Assembly (NCBI GenBank): GCA_027002405.1
Contig: JALWZT010000233.1
Location: forward strand, 1 to 49,249
Reading direction: 5' to 3'
DNA from: Anaerolineae bacterium
GTDB taxonomy: Bacteria > Chloroflexota > Anaerolineae > J102
DNA length: 49,249 nt
Each line of letters opens with the position of its first letter. Positions within the stretch are counted from its first letter, which is position 1. Under the pieces are notes generated by a model, which was given only the letters and a program-made list of their open reading frames with translations, made no database searches and had not been told where the DNA came from. Both the position numbers and the translations under genes were made by a program. This document shows positions 28,388-37,470 of the stretch, one piece after another.

Positions 28388-29220
28388 GTAAATAGGATCA
28401 GGATTAGGATTGAGGATTGTTAGGCCGAGGTTAGGCGCGAGCAGGAGTAATCAGTGATCAGCGAGTGTTCAGTGTTCAGTAGCACTCCCGTGGCCAGCCC
28501 GCAGGGCTTCGCATTCGTAGCACGGCGGTTTAGCTCCGAGCAGAAGAAACAGCGCTGCATGCCTAGCCGGAATTATCCGGCGCCGTTCTGGTGCCCAGCG
28601 ACTTCATGAGGCTGTTGGCAAACCTCAAGCGGGTTGCCGGGCAATCCGGCAAAGGCGGTGATCCGGCCGTTCGGCCCCCACCCCTGCCCCTCCCCCGCAA
28701 GCGGGGGAGGGGTGATCGCCCGGAACGGAGGGGCTGCGTAAGACTCATCCCCCTGCAGAAACGGTCGGGAGGGGGTATCCTCAACGTACATCAGTAAGCC
28801 AACAGGTTCACTTCATCGCCGGGCGGGCGTGGTGGCCCCAGACCTCGGAGGTCTGCGCAGACCCTCCGAGATCTCATGCTCACCTGCCACTTGCGCCCCA
28901 TTTTTCGTCGTTATGCGGTGAGCTCTCGCTCATGGTGACTGTTCCGTAAATAGAGCCTCGCGACGTCATTCCGAGGGAGCGAAGCGACCGAGGAATCTAG
29001 CGAAGCGCAAAAACCACGGCATAGCGCTCGCTTCGTTCGCTAGATGCCCTTCGATTCCTCAGGGCAGGCTTTCGCTCCCTCCGGTCGCTCAGCATGACGA
29101 ACATCTGCGCAAATCAGCGCTGCGAAGCATCGGCGCAATCTGCGTTCTCTCTACCTGCCACCTGCCACCTGCCACTTGCGACTTGCCACTTGCAAACCTG
29201 CAAACTGCGTTCCTATTTTC
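28388..29220 (-). mobile_element. Reverse tandem cassette array (junction at 28939) with nested MITE
   Basis: ...GCTCATGGTGA|CTGTTCCGTAAATAG junction; modules match 10396-10586 and 14340-14560. Confidence 0.85.
28608..28809. mobile_element. 202-bp MITE with 7-bp target duplication ACTTCAT
   Basis: Ends GAGGCTGTTGGC / GCCAACAGGTTC; ACTTCAT at 28601-28607 and 28810-28816; interrupts the palindrome GCCCGGCGACTTCATCGCCGGGC. Confidence 0.85.
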
Positions 29221-29221
29221 C

Positions 29222-30646
29222 TCAATTGGTTGGACGCCAGCGCGGATTCTCTAGAACGGCCCGGGCCAGGGCCCGAGCCCGGTCGGCCGCGTCGCCCACA
29301 TAATGGCTGGCATCCAGCAAGGTCAGGATGCGGTCAGCGGGCAACAATGAGGTGAGGGTTGGGTCCGTCGCCAGACGCTGGGCCAGGGGATTGGGCTCCC
29401 CCCGTTGCAGCGCGGCCCAGGCTGCCAGGCTGTGTTCTCGAATGACCTCATGCAGGACCTGCCGATCTCCCCCGGCTTTGACCCCTTCCATCAGCACCCG
29501 TTCGGTGGCCGCAAAGATGCCATAAGTTTGTAAATGCCGATGGATGGCCTCTTGGTTGACTTGCAGTTCTGTGACGATCCGTTGGGCCGAGCGCAGCAAC
29601 TCATCCACGGCCAGGAACGCGTTGGGGATGATGACGCGGCGGTTGGCGGAATCGTCCAGGGTGCGTTCCAGCAGGTTGTGGGCCGCATTATGCCAGGCCA
29701 CGGCCGGCAAGGTGGCCACGTAGCGGGCCAGGCTGTCTATTTTTTCCGCGGTGATGGGGTTGCGTTTGAAGGGCATGGCCGAGGACCCCACCTGCCGGGC
29801 CGCGAAGGGTTCGGCCAGTTCGCCAAAGAGGGGGGATTGCAAAATGCGGAGGTCAAAGGCGAAGCGGTAAAGGCTTTGGGCTAGACCGGCCAACGCGTTC
29901 AGAAGTTGCCAATCCTGTTTGCGAGGGTATGTCTGGGTGGTAATGGGGAAAGCCTCCAAATCCAGATCGGCCAGGGCCAAACGCTCCAGCTCGGCCGCGG
30001 TCATGGATTTCCCCTCCAATAACTGGGTGAAGGAGGCCGATGTCCCCACCGCGCCCTTGAAGCCCTTGCCCCTGAGCTGCCTCCGCATCCGATGCAAGAC
30101 CTCCCCGTCCATCTCCAGGTCTTGCAGGGTTTGGGCCAGGCGATAGCCCAAAGTGGTGGGTTCGGCAGGCTGAAGGTGGGTGTAGCCCATGACCGGGGTT
30201 TCGGCAAAGCGGTCAACCAGGCGGGCCAGCGCGGTGATGAGTTCGGCCAGGGAGGCGAGGATGAGGTCCAGGGCCTGGCGCTGGCGCAAGACCTCGGCAT
30301 TGTCCTTGATATCCATGCTGGTGGCACCGAGATGCAGGATCGAGCCACCCACCGGGCATTGTGCCGCGAAAACATGGATTTCGGCCATCACATCGTGGTG
30401 GAGCGTGCGTTCCAAAGCCAGGGCCCGCTCCAAATCCACGTCATCCATATGGGCTTCCAGGTCTGCCAGTTGGTCGGGGGTGACCAGGCCCGCCGCGGCC
30501 TGGGCCCGGGCCAGAGCCATCCACACTCGCCGCCATAAACGTCGTCGCTGGTGTTCAGAAAACACGCGGCGCATGGCTTCTCGGCCATAGCGCCACGTGA
30601 AGGGGGATTGATACCAGGTATGATTCTCTGTATCAAACTTTGGCAT
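29222..30646 (-). CDS. purB: Adenylosuccinate lyase
   Basis: HHDVMA, LHLGATS, GYTHLQPAEPTT, GSSAMPFKRNP, ERTLDDSA. Confidence 0.96.
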   Translation of the reverse strand: MPKFDTENHTWYQSPFTWRYGREAMRRVFSEHQRRRLWRRVWMALARAQAAAGLVTPDQLADLEAHMDDVDLERALALERTLHHDVMAEIHVFAAQCPVGGSILHLGATSMDIKDNAEVLRQRQALDLILASLAELITALARLVDRFAETPVMGYTHLQPAEPTTLGYRLAQTLQDLEMDGEVLHRMRRQLRGKGFKGAVGTSASFTQLLEGKSMTAAELERLALADLDLEAFPITTQTYPRKQDWQLLNALAGLAQSLYRFAFDLRILQSPLFGELAEPFAARQVGSSAMPFKRNPITAEKIDSLARYVATLPAVAWHNAAHNLLERTLDDSANRRVIIPNAFLAVDELLRSAQRIVTELQVNQEAIHRHLQTYGIFAATERVLMEGVKAGGDRQVLHEVIREHSLAAWAALQRGEPNPLAQRLATDPTLTSLLPADRILTLLDASHYVGDAADRARALARAVLENPRWRPTN

Positions 30647-30694
30647 GGTCCCAAAGGGAGGGGGCAGGGGGATTGTTACCCATGTCTAGGCTTT

Positions 30695-31507
30695 CTACCC
30701 CACCACGTCTTCGCCGCCATCCACAAAGATCACACTGCCCGAAATCCACGACACCTCGGGGACAGCCAGTGCGGCGATGGTATTGGCTACATCTTCGGGC
30801 GTGGTCAAACGGCCGCCGGGATTACGGCGCTTGGTGAGCTCGATCATGGCCTCATGGCCCGGGATCTGGCGCAGCGCGGGGGTATCGGTCACCCCAGCCT
30901 GAATGCAGTTTACCAGCACCCCGTATTTCCCCAATTCCATGGCCAATTGCCGGGTGTGGGATTCCAGCGCAGCCTTGGCCGCGGAGACCGCGCCATAGCC
31001 GGGCACGACACGATGGGAACCTTCCGAAGTCATGGAAAAGATGCGGCTGCCCCGGCCCAGCAGGCCCTCTCGCCATAGGGCCTGGGTCCAATAGACCAGG
31101 GAGTGGGCCATGACTTCCAGGGTCATGTTCATGGAGGCGGGGTCGATGGCATCTTTGGGGTCCTCGGCAATGAAGGGCTTAAGGGTGCCGAAGGCCAGGG
31201 AATGCATCATCAGCCAGATGGTGGATTCGCCCGATTCGGCCAGGGCCTCTTTCATTTTCTTGATGGCTCGGGCCCGTTTGCGTTCGTTGGTGGCGTTCAT
31301 GTTGAAGAAGATGGCCTTCGCGCCATTGGCCTCGATGTCGCTGATGACCTCCCGCACGCGAGGCATGGTTTGTTTCATATCCAGATGGACGCCGAAGATA
31401 TTCATGCCTTTTTGGGAGAGTTTGCGGGCCGTGGCCGCGCCAAAGCCGCTGGACGAGCCCAGGATCAAAGCCCATTTGCCTTTCAGTGGGGATTCGCAGT
31501 TGCTCAT
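30695..31507 (-). CDS. SDR oxidoreductase, FabL-like enoyl-ACP reductase
   Basis: LILGSSSGFG, YGAVSAAKAALES, GVTDTPAL, VDGG. Confidence 0.85.
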   Translation of the reverse strand: MSNCESPLKGKWALILGSSSGFGAATARKLSQKGMNIFGVHLDMKQTMPRVREVISDIEANGAKAIFFNMNATNERKRARAIKKMKEALAESGESTIWLMMHSLAFGTLKPFIAEDPKDAIDPASMNMTLEVMAHSLVYWTQALWREGLLGRGSRIFSMTSEGSHRVVPGYGAVSAAKAALESHTRQLAMELGKYGVLVNCIQAGVTDTPALRQIPGHEAMIELTKRRNPGGRLTTPEDVANTIAALAVPEVSWISGSVIFVDGGEDVVG

Positions 31508-31601
31508 AATGTCTTGTTTTCCTCCGAGAATGAAATAAGTGAGGGTATTCTAAACGTAAAACCCACGGGCAGCCAAAACGTCGCGTGGGGCGTCGGGCTA
31601 T

Positions 31602-32795
31602 CTACACGGCTCTGAGGGTATCGAGGGCTTCCAGGACGCGCGCGACCGGGATTTCGCGTACGCAACCATGGGCCGGGAGGTCGGGCCAGTCGAATGTGCC
31701 GCAAGGGGCACAGGCCCAATGGCTGAGAATAGGGATGTGCCGGGTTGGGTCTCCCCAAGGCCCGAAGAGGATGGGGTCCGAAGGGCCGTAAAGATGGATG
31801 GTGGCCGTGCCTACGGCCACCGCGAGGTGCAAAGGGCCGCTGTCGGGCCCCAGGACCCAGGTGGCTTGGGCCAGGAGCGCGGCCAGGGTGGCAAAGCGGG
31901 TACGGCCTCCCAAGTCCACCACCCTTGGGCCCCCTGCGGTCGCGACCTGTTGGGTGAGCGCACGTTCCTGGGGCCCGCCCGTCACGACCACCCGGGCCCC
32001 TTGTTGCACCAGATGCCGGGCGACCGCTCCCCATTTGGCGGGCTCCCATAACTTGATGGCCGCGCCGGAGCCAGGGTGGATCACGGCCAGGGGACGAGGA
32101 CCAAGGTCGGGGAAGAGCTGGCTCAGGAGTTGGCGAGCCTCGGCCGTGGCCGCGGGGGACAGGGCAAATTGCAAGGGATGGGCTTGCGGGTCGGGGTGCA
32201 GGGTGTCGCCTGTCAGCGCGGCCATGAGACGCATGTTGGAGACCACCGCGTGTTCTCGGGCAAGGGGGAACGCGTGGGTGAGCCAGCCCCGGGCCTGGGG
32301 GTCCTGAAAACCCACCCGCCAGGGGATTCCCGCCAACCGGGCGAGCATGGCCCCCCACCAGTGGTCAGGACGGGCAATCACCGCCACATGAAAAGCATGT
32401 TCACGCAAAATACGGGCCATGGTGCCCAGAAGGCGCCATCGTTGCACACCCCGCGCGCGCGGGCCCCGTTCAAAGCCGGGGAAGGGCAACTCCAACAGGG
32501 CATCATAGGTCCCGGCCAGGCCGGGCAACGCAGGGCGGGCCCATGGCCCTATGGCCAAGGTGATGTGGGCATGGGGGAGGCGGTTTCGTAGCCAGCGCAG
32601 AGCTGGCCCCAGAAAGAGGAGATCCCCCAAATGGTCGGGTCGTAGGACCAAAATCCGGGCATGGACCAGGGAGGCAGGCGGATGCCCTCCCTGGCCCCGA
32701 TACAAAAAGGCCATGCCGCGCAAAAGCGCCGCCCGAACTCGGGCTTTGCCCGAAGGCGGCGCATGGGGATGAGGGTATGCGGGCACGGAGGACAT
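31602..32795 (-). CDS. Glycosyltransferase family 9 (heptosyltransferase-like)
   Basis: RPDHLGDLL, IHPGSG...KLW, GPDSGPLHLAVAVG, LYGPSDP. Confidence 0.92.
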   Translation of the reverse strand: MSSVPAYPHPHAPPSGKARVRAALLRGMAFLYRGQGGHPPASLVHARILVLRPDHLGDLLFLGPALRWLRNRLPHAHITLAIGPWARPALPGLAGTYDALLELPFPGFERGPRARGVQRWRLLGTMARILREHAFHVAVIARPDHWWGAMLARLAGIPWRVGFQDPQARGWLTHAFPLAREHAVVSNMRLMAALTGDTLHPDPQAHPLQFALSPAATAEARQLLSQLFPDLGPRPLAVIHPGSGAAIKLWEPAKWGAVARHLVQQGARVVVTGGPQERALTQQVATAGGPRVVDLGGRTRFATLAALLAQATWVLGPDSGPLHLAVAVGTATIHLYGPSDPILFGPWGDPTRHIPILSHWACAPCGTFDWPDLPAHGCVREIPVARVLEALDTLRAV

Positions 32796-32802
32796 AATGA
32801 AT

Positions 32803-34050
32803 TTAATAGCGCAACAACGCGCCGATGTTGCCATGGTTTTTGAGAATGGCCTGGTTTTCCTTCTCCCGCACCACCTCTACATGGCCTCCCAGATCCAGGG
32901 TTTGTCCTGCCAGCAGCGAGACCACGTCCGGCACTTCTTTGAGCCGGTCACTGCCGCAATAGATGCAGACCGGGGGCGGAGCTTCGGCCAGGTCCGCGAT
33001 GAGCCCTTGACAGCGACCGCATTGCCATCCTTTATGGATGAAGTCGGGCGGGAAGAAGAGGGTGTCGATGCGACCTTGCTGCCCGACCAGGGTCGTATCC
33101 GCCAGGCCTGCCACAGCGCGGCCATGACTGCGAGCAAGTTCCCCCACAAAGGCTTCCAACGCCTCCCTTTCCTCTTGTACCTCGGCCTGGTGCACCAGGG
33201 GCGCGACCTTATCTCGCACATCGTTGTAAGTCACATGCATGGACATGTTGACCGTGCCCAGGAATTTCCCCTTCAAGGATTTAGGCAGCATGCCCGCGAT
33301 CTCCTGCGGGACCTCGTCCGGTCCGGCCAGAACCAGCCATTTCCATCGGGCCTTTCGGTCAATGACTTCGGTGAACTCGATCACATGGCGGAAATGCTGT
33401 CGATAGTGTTCTTCCTGCCATTGTTCATGATTGTGCGCGCCCCATCCCAGGGCCTTGGTCTTGGCCGGGGTTTCATCTACCTCCGAGATGGTATATTCGG
33501 CCGCTTCACCCATGTAGTAGACAAAGAAACGGGCCCGGCGTCTATCCACTAAAACCACCCCTGTCGGCTCATGTTCATCCAATTGGATGAGCAAAGGGGT
33601 CAGGACAGGCAAGGGGCCCCATGCCAGGAAGTCCGTAGGCGCTTCGGGCAGATGATAGATCAGGAATTTTTCGTATTTGACTTCGCGGTCCCGTTTGGGA
33701 GAAAACTTGTAAGGCGCGGCAAAGATGACCAGACCTCGCCCCATAGGGGCACGGCTGAGATTGTGCTCGATGAGTTTGCCAAGATGGGTGGTCACGGCAT
33801 CAAAGAGCAGAAGCTCGTTGCGATCCGTCAAGGTCTCGCGTTGTCGGGCTACGAGGTTTTTGTAACGCAGCAACATGGGCTCTACCTGCAGCCGTTCGGG
33901 CCGGGTATCCAGGTAGAGGGTGATCATGCCCTGTTCGGATTGGAAATTTTTCAGTCCTGTGATATCTTCAGCGGTGATGAAGTCATAGCCGCGTTCGTCA
34001 TCGCCGATCAGGTCCAATATCAGTTCGTCAGCTTGGATTTTTTGGATCAT
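32803..34050 (-). CDS. Bacterial archaeo-eukaryotic release factor-like (baeRF/eRF1-like) protein
   Basis: ITLYLD, VVLVDRRRARFF, LVLAGP, AVAGLADT, Zn-ribbon CGRC...CIYC, C-terminal GNIGALLRY; RBS AAGGAG. Confidence 0.85.
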   Translation of the reverse strand: MIQKIQADELILDLIGDDERGYDFITAEDITGLKNFQSEQGMITLYLDTRPERLQVEPMLLRYKNLVARQRETLTDRNELLLFDAVTTHLGKLIEHNLSRAPMGRGLVIFAAPYKFSPKRDREVKYEKFLIYHLPEAPTDFLAWGPLPVLTPLLIQLDEHEPTGVVLVDRRRARFFVYYMGEAAEYTISEVDETPAKTKALGWGAHNHEQWQEEHYRQHFRHVIEFTEVIDRKARWKWLVLAGPDEVPQEIAGMLPKSLKGKFLGTVNMSMHVTYNDVRDKVAPLVHQAEVQEEREALEAFVGELARSHGRAVAGLADTTLVGQQGRIDTLFFPPDFIHKGWQCGRCQGLIADLAEAPPPVCIYCGSDRLKEVPDVVSLLAGQTLDLGGHVEVVREKENQAILKNHGNIGALLRY

Positions 34051-34186
34051 AAGTCTCTCCTTGCGTACAGGTGGATGGATTGTCATCAAAGTGTATGTAT
34101 TCTACCCTTTTTTACTCGTGATGGCTAAGAAACACGTTAGAAGAAGGCCAGCAAAGTATTAGAAAGGCGCCGTTCATTTTTGAACC

Positions 34187-35368
34187 ATGAAACCCGCAAC
34201 CATCCTCTATCCTCACAGCTCGGATGAGCTTTACGGTTCGGATGTGGTGCTGCTGAACTTGGTCCGACGGTTGGACCGCGCGCGTTTCCGGCCCATGGTG
34301 CTTTTGCCCACGGATATCCCCTATCAGGGGGCGCTGAGCCAGGCTCTGGATGAGGCAGGGATCGCGCATCGGGCATTGGCCATGCCCGTGTTGCGCCGGC
34401 GTTATTTTTCCGCGCGAGGCATGCCTCGATTCATCCGCGATCTATGGCGTGGCCGGCAGGGAATCCCCGCGCTGGCGCGGCAGGAGGGGGTGGCGCTGAT
34501 CCACAGCAATACCAGCGCGGTATGGGGCGGAGCCCTGGCCGCGTCGCGATTGGGGATCCCCCACATCTGGCATGTGCACGAACTGGTGACAGACCCCCTT
34601 TTGGTGCGTAAGCTTATCGCCTGGATGGTGAATCGATACAGCGATCGGGTCGTGGCCATCAGTCGGGCTGTGGCCGAGCACTTGTTGAAGGACGCGCCCG
34701 GCCTGGAAGGACGGATCACCGTGATCTATGATGCGGTGGATACCGAACGGTTTGCCCCCACGGTTTCGGGCCAAGCTTTGCGGCAGGCCTGGGGCGTGGG
34801 GCCAGAAGAGGTGCTGGTGGGGGTGGTGGGCCGCATCTCGGCCTGGAAGGGACAGGATTTCTTCTTGCGGGCCTTTGCCCAGGCCGTGCGGGTGGAGCCC
34901 CGCTTGCGGGCGGTGATCGTAGGGGATGTGCCCCCGGGCGAAGACTGGCGGCGGGATGCGCTCCAGCAACTGGCCCGGGAATTGGGTGTGGCCCAACGGG
35001 TGTTGTGGCCCGGGTATCATCCGGATGCCCCGCGGGTGATGGCTGCGCTGGATATCCTTGCCCTGCCTTCCATCAAGCCCGAACCTTTTGGCATGGTGGT
35101 CATCGAGGCCATGGCCACGGGCAAACCGGTGATCGCCACCGATCATGGAGGTCCTATGGAATCGGTGGTTCATGGCCAGACCGGGTTGCTGGTTTCCCCC
35201 ACAGCCCCGGAGGAGATGGCGCAGGCCCTGATCCGCCTGGCCCGAGACCCCCTGTTGCGTCGCACCTGGGGCGCGCAAGGTCGGGCCCGGGCCCAGACCC
35301 TCTTCAGCTTCGACGCCCATGTGAACGCGTTTCAGGCGTTGTATGCGTCTGCTATGAAAATAGAATGA
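34187..35368 (+). CDS. Glycosyltransferase family 4
   Basis: WHVHE, VGRISAWKG, EPFGMVVIEAMA. Confidence 0.93.
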   Translation: MKPATILYPHSSDELYGSDVVLLNLVRRLDRARFRPMVLLPTDIPYQGALSQALDEAGIAHRALAMPVLRRRYFSARGMPRFIRDLWRGRQGIPALARQEGVALIHSNTSAVWGGALAASRLGIPHIWHVHELVTDPLLVRKLIAWMVNRYSDRVVAISRAVAEHLLKDAPGLEGRITVIYDAVDTERFAPTVSGQALRQAWGVGPEEVLVGVVGRISAWKGQDFFLRAFAQAVRVEPRLRAVIVGDVPPGEDWRRDALQQLARELGVAQRVLWPGYHPDAPRVMAALDILALPSIKPEPFGMVVIEAMATGKPVIATDHGGPMESVVHGQTGLLVSPTAPEEMAQALIRLARDPLLRRTWGAQGRARAQTLFSFDAHVNAFQALYASAMKIE

Positions 35369-35864
35369 TCGCTGGTTACTGAGGAATCGCCAGGCCGACG
35401 TTGGGCGAGTCGGCAAAGGTTCGTATTGCGTATTCCGTATTCCGTCCAGTCGTTACGCAATACGCAATACGGAATACGAGTCACGCCGCCCTGGCCGCGA
35501 GGCATTTTCGTCGGTATCGGCGCGGGGTGGCCCGCCGTCGGACTGCTTTGTAAATAGGATTCGGATCAGGATTAGGATTGAGGATTGTCAGGCCGAGGTT
35601 AGGCGCGAGCAGGAGTAATCAGTGATCAGTTATCAGTAATCAGTGTTCAGTAGAACCTTGCAACGTCATTCCGAGGGAGCGAAGCGACCGAGGAATCTAG
35701 CGAAGCGCAAAAAACCACGGCATGGCGCTCGCTTCGCTTGCTAGATGCTTCGCTCCCTTCGGTCGCTCAGCATGACGAATATCTGCGAAAATCTGCGTTG
35801 CGAAGCATCGGCGCAAATCTGCGTTCCCTTTTCCTCGGTATCGGCGAATCGTCGTTCGTGGCGC
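35349..35864 (-). mobile_element. Reverse tandem cassette array (35349-35542 and 35543-35864)
   Basis: CTGCTATGAAAATAG and CTGCTTTGTAAATAG starts; reverse A-ends; CTG at 35865; first unit is a near-identical inverted copy of 37267-37460. Confidence 0.85.
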
Positions 35865-35974
35865 CTGCACGTTTTTTCAGGAAAGCCGGGCAGGTATGGT
35901 AATCTTGGGGGCTGATAGGAATGCGTTCTCTCTTCCATGCTTCTTAATTCTTTTCTGAGGTCCTCACACTTTCT

Positions 35975-36937
35975 ATGAATCCTACGACCCTTCAACATCC
36001 TTCTTCCGAACAACGGGTTGATCGCACCTGGAAACATTATCTGGGGCTGGTTGCCCGGGGGTTTGCCATGGGCTCGGCCGATGTGGTGCCCGGTGTTTCG
36101 GGCGGCACCATGGCGTTTATCCTGGGCATTTACGCCGAGCTGATCTTCAGCATCCGGGCCATTGGCCGCCGAGAATTTTGGGATGCCCTGCTGCATCTTC
36201 GCTTGAAGGAGGCCCTTTGGGCCATCAATCTCCCCTTCTTGCTGGCCCTGGGCTCGGGCATTATTCTGGCGTTTTTGTCCTTAGCTAAGGGCCTGGAATG
36301 GATGCTGGAAAATAAGCCCGTCTACATTTGGAGTTTCTTTTTTGGGTTGGTCCTGGCTTCTATCATCACGGTAGCCCGACGAATCAAACAATGGACCGTC
36401 ATCCTCCTGACGGCTCTGATCCTGGCCGCGGTGGGTGCGTATCTTTTGGTAGGGGCTGTGCCAGCTCAGACGCCCGATACTTTCCTCTACGTGTTTTTTA
36501 GCGGCGCCCTGGCCAGCACGGCCATGATCCTCCCCGGGATCTCGGGGGCCTTCATCCTGGTGCTTTTGGGCAAGTACCAGTTTGCCCTGAGCGCTGTCAA
36601 TCAGCGGGACGTGCTCAGCCTGTTGGTGTTGGCCGCGGGCGCGGGCGTGGGCCTGGTCACCTTTGCCCAGGTGCTGGGATGGCTTTTCCGCAAACATCAC
36701 GATCTGACCGTGGCCATTCTGACCGGCTTCATGTTAGGAAGTTTGCGCAAGCTGTGGCCATGGAAGGTGGTCGTAGAGACCATGACCGATAGCCATGGCC
36801 GGGAAATCCCTGTGGTTTTGCACAATGTGCTCCCTCCGGGCCTGACTGCGGAGGTGGGCATCGCCATCATCCTGGCTGCCATCGGTTTCGCCGCGGTCTT
36901 GCTGCTAGACCACATGGCGGTCACCATTGGTGACTGA
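35975..36937 (+). CDS. DUF368 family membrane protein
   Basis: GFAMGSADVVPGVSGGTMAFILGIY, AMILPGISGAFILVLLG, GSLRKLWPW. Confidence 0.92.
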   Translation: MNPTTLQHPSSEQRVDRTWKHYLGLVARGFAMGSADVVPGVSGGTMAFILGIYAELIFSIRAIGRREFWDALLHLRLKEALWAINLPFLLALGSGIILAFLSLAKGLEWMLENKPVYIWSFFFGLVLASIITVARRIKQWTVILLTALILAAVGAYLLVGAVPAQTPDTFLYVFFSGALASTAMILPGISGAFILVLLGKYQFALSAVNQRDVLSLLVLAAGAGVGLVTFAQVLGWLFRKHHDLTVAILTGFMLGSLRKLWPWKVVVETMTDSHGREIPVVLHNVLPPGLTAEVGIAIILAAIGFAAVLLLDHMAVTIGD

Positions 36938-36941
36938 ACTG

Positions 36942-37460
36942 TCGCCATGAGCGAGAGCTCACCCCATAACGACGAAAATGGGAACGCAGATTTTCGCAGA
37001 TGCGGCGCAGATTTCCACTGATTACTGATAACTGATCACTGATTACTCTATCTTCAAAGCAGTCGCCACGAACGGCAGTTCGCCAATACCGAAGAAAACA
37101 TCTCGCGGCCAAGTTGGCGCGGGAAGCCGAGCCCGGGATGCGTAATGCGTGATGCGTAAGGCTCTCACGTTTTACGTTTCACGCATCACGCCCGTTGTCG
37201 CCTCGCCCAACGTGGGCCTGGCGATCCGCAATCCTAATCCTGATCCGAATCCTATTTACAAAGCAGTCCAACGGCGGACCAGCCCGCGCCGATACCGACG
37301 AAAATGCCTCGCGGCCAGGGCGGCGTGACTCGTATTCCGTATTGCGTATTGCGTAACGACTGGACGGAATACGGAATACGCAATACGAACCTTTGCCGCC
37401 TCGCCCAACGTCGGCCTGGCGACTCCTCAGCAACCAGCGATCATTCTATTTTCATAGCAG
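36942..37460 (+). mobile_element. Three-unit tandem cassette array (36942-37062, 37063-37266, 37267-37460)
   Basis: Each unit starts with an A-end variant and ends CTATCTTCAAAGCAG, CTATTTACAAAGCAG or CTATTTTCATAGCAG; each carries different heptamer cargo. Confidence 0.87.
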
Positions 37461-37470
37461 GAGGCGCCCC

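Noticed and set aside
36942-37460. Classical integron attC cassette array
   Set aside because: No RYYYAAC/GTTRRRY boxes at the junctions, no cassette ORFs and no intI in the window; the similarity is architectural only.
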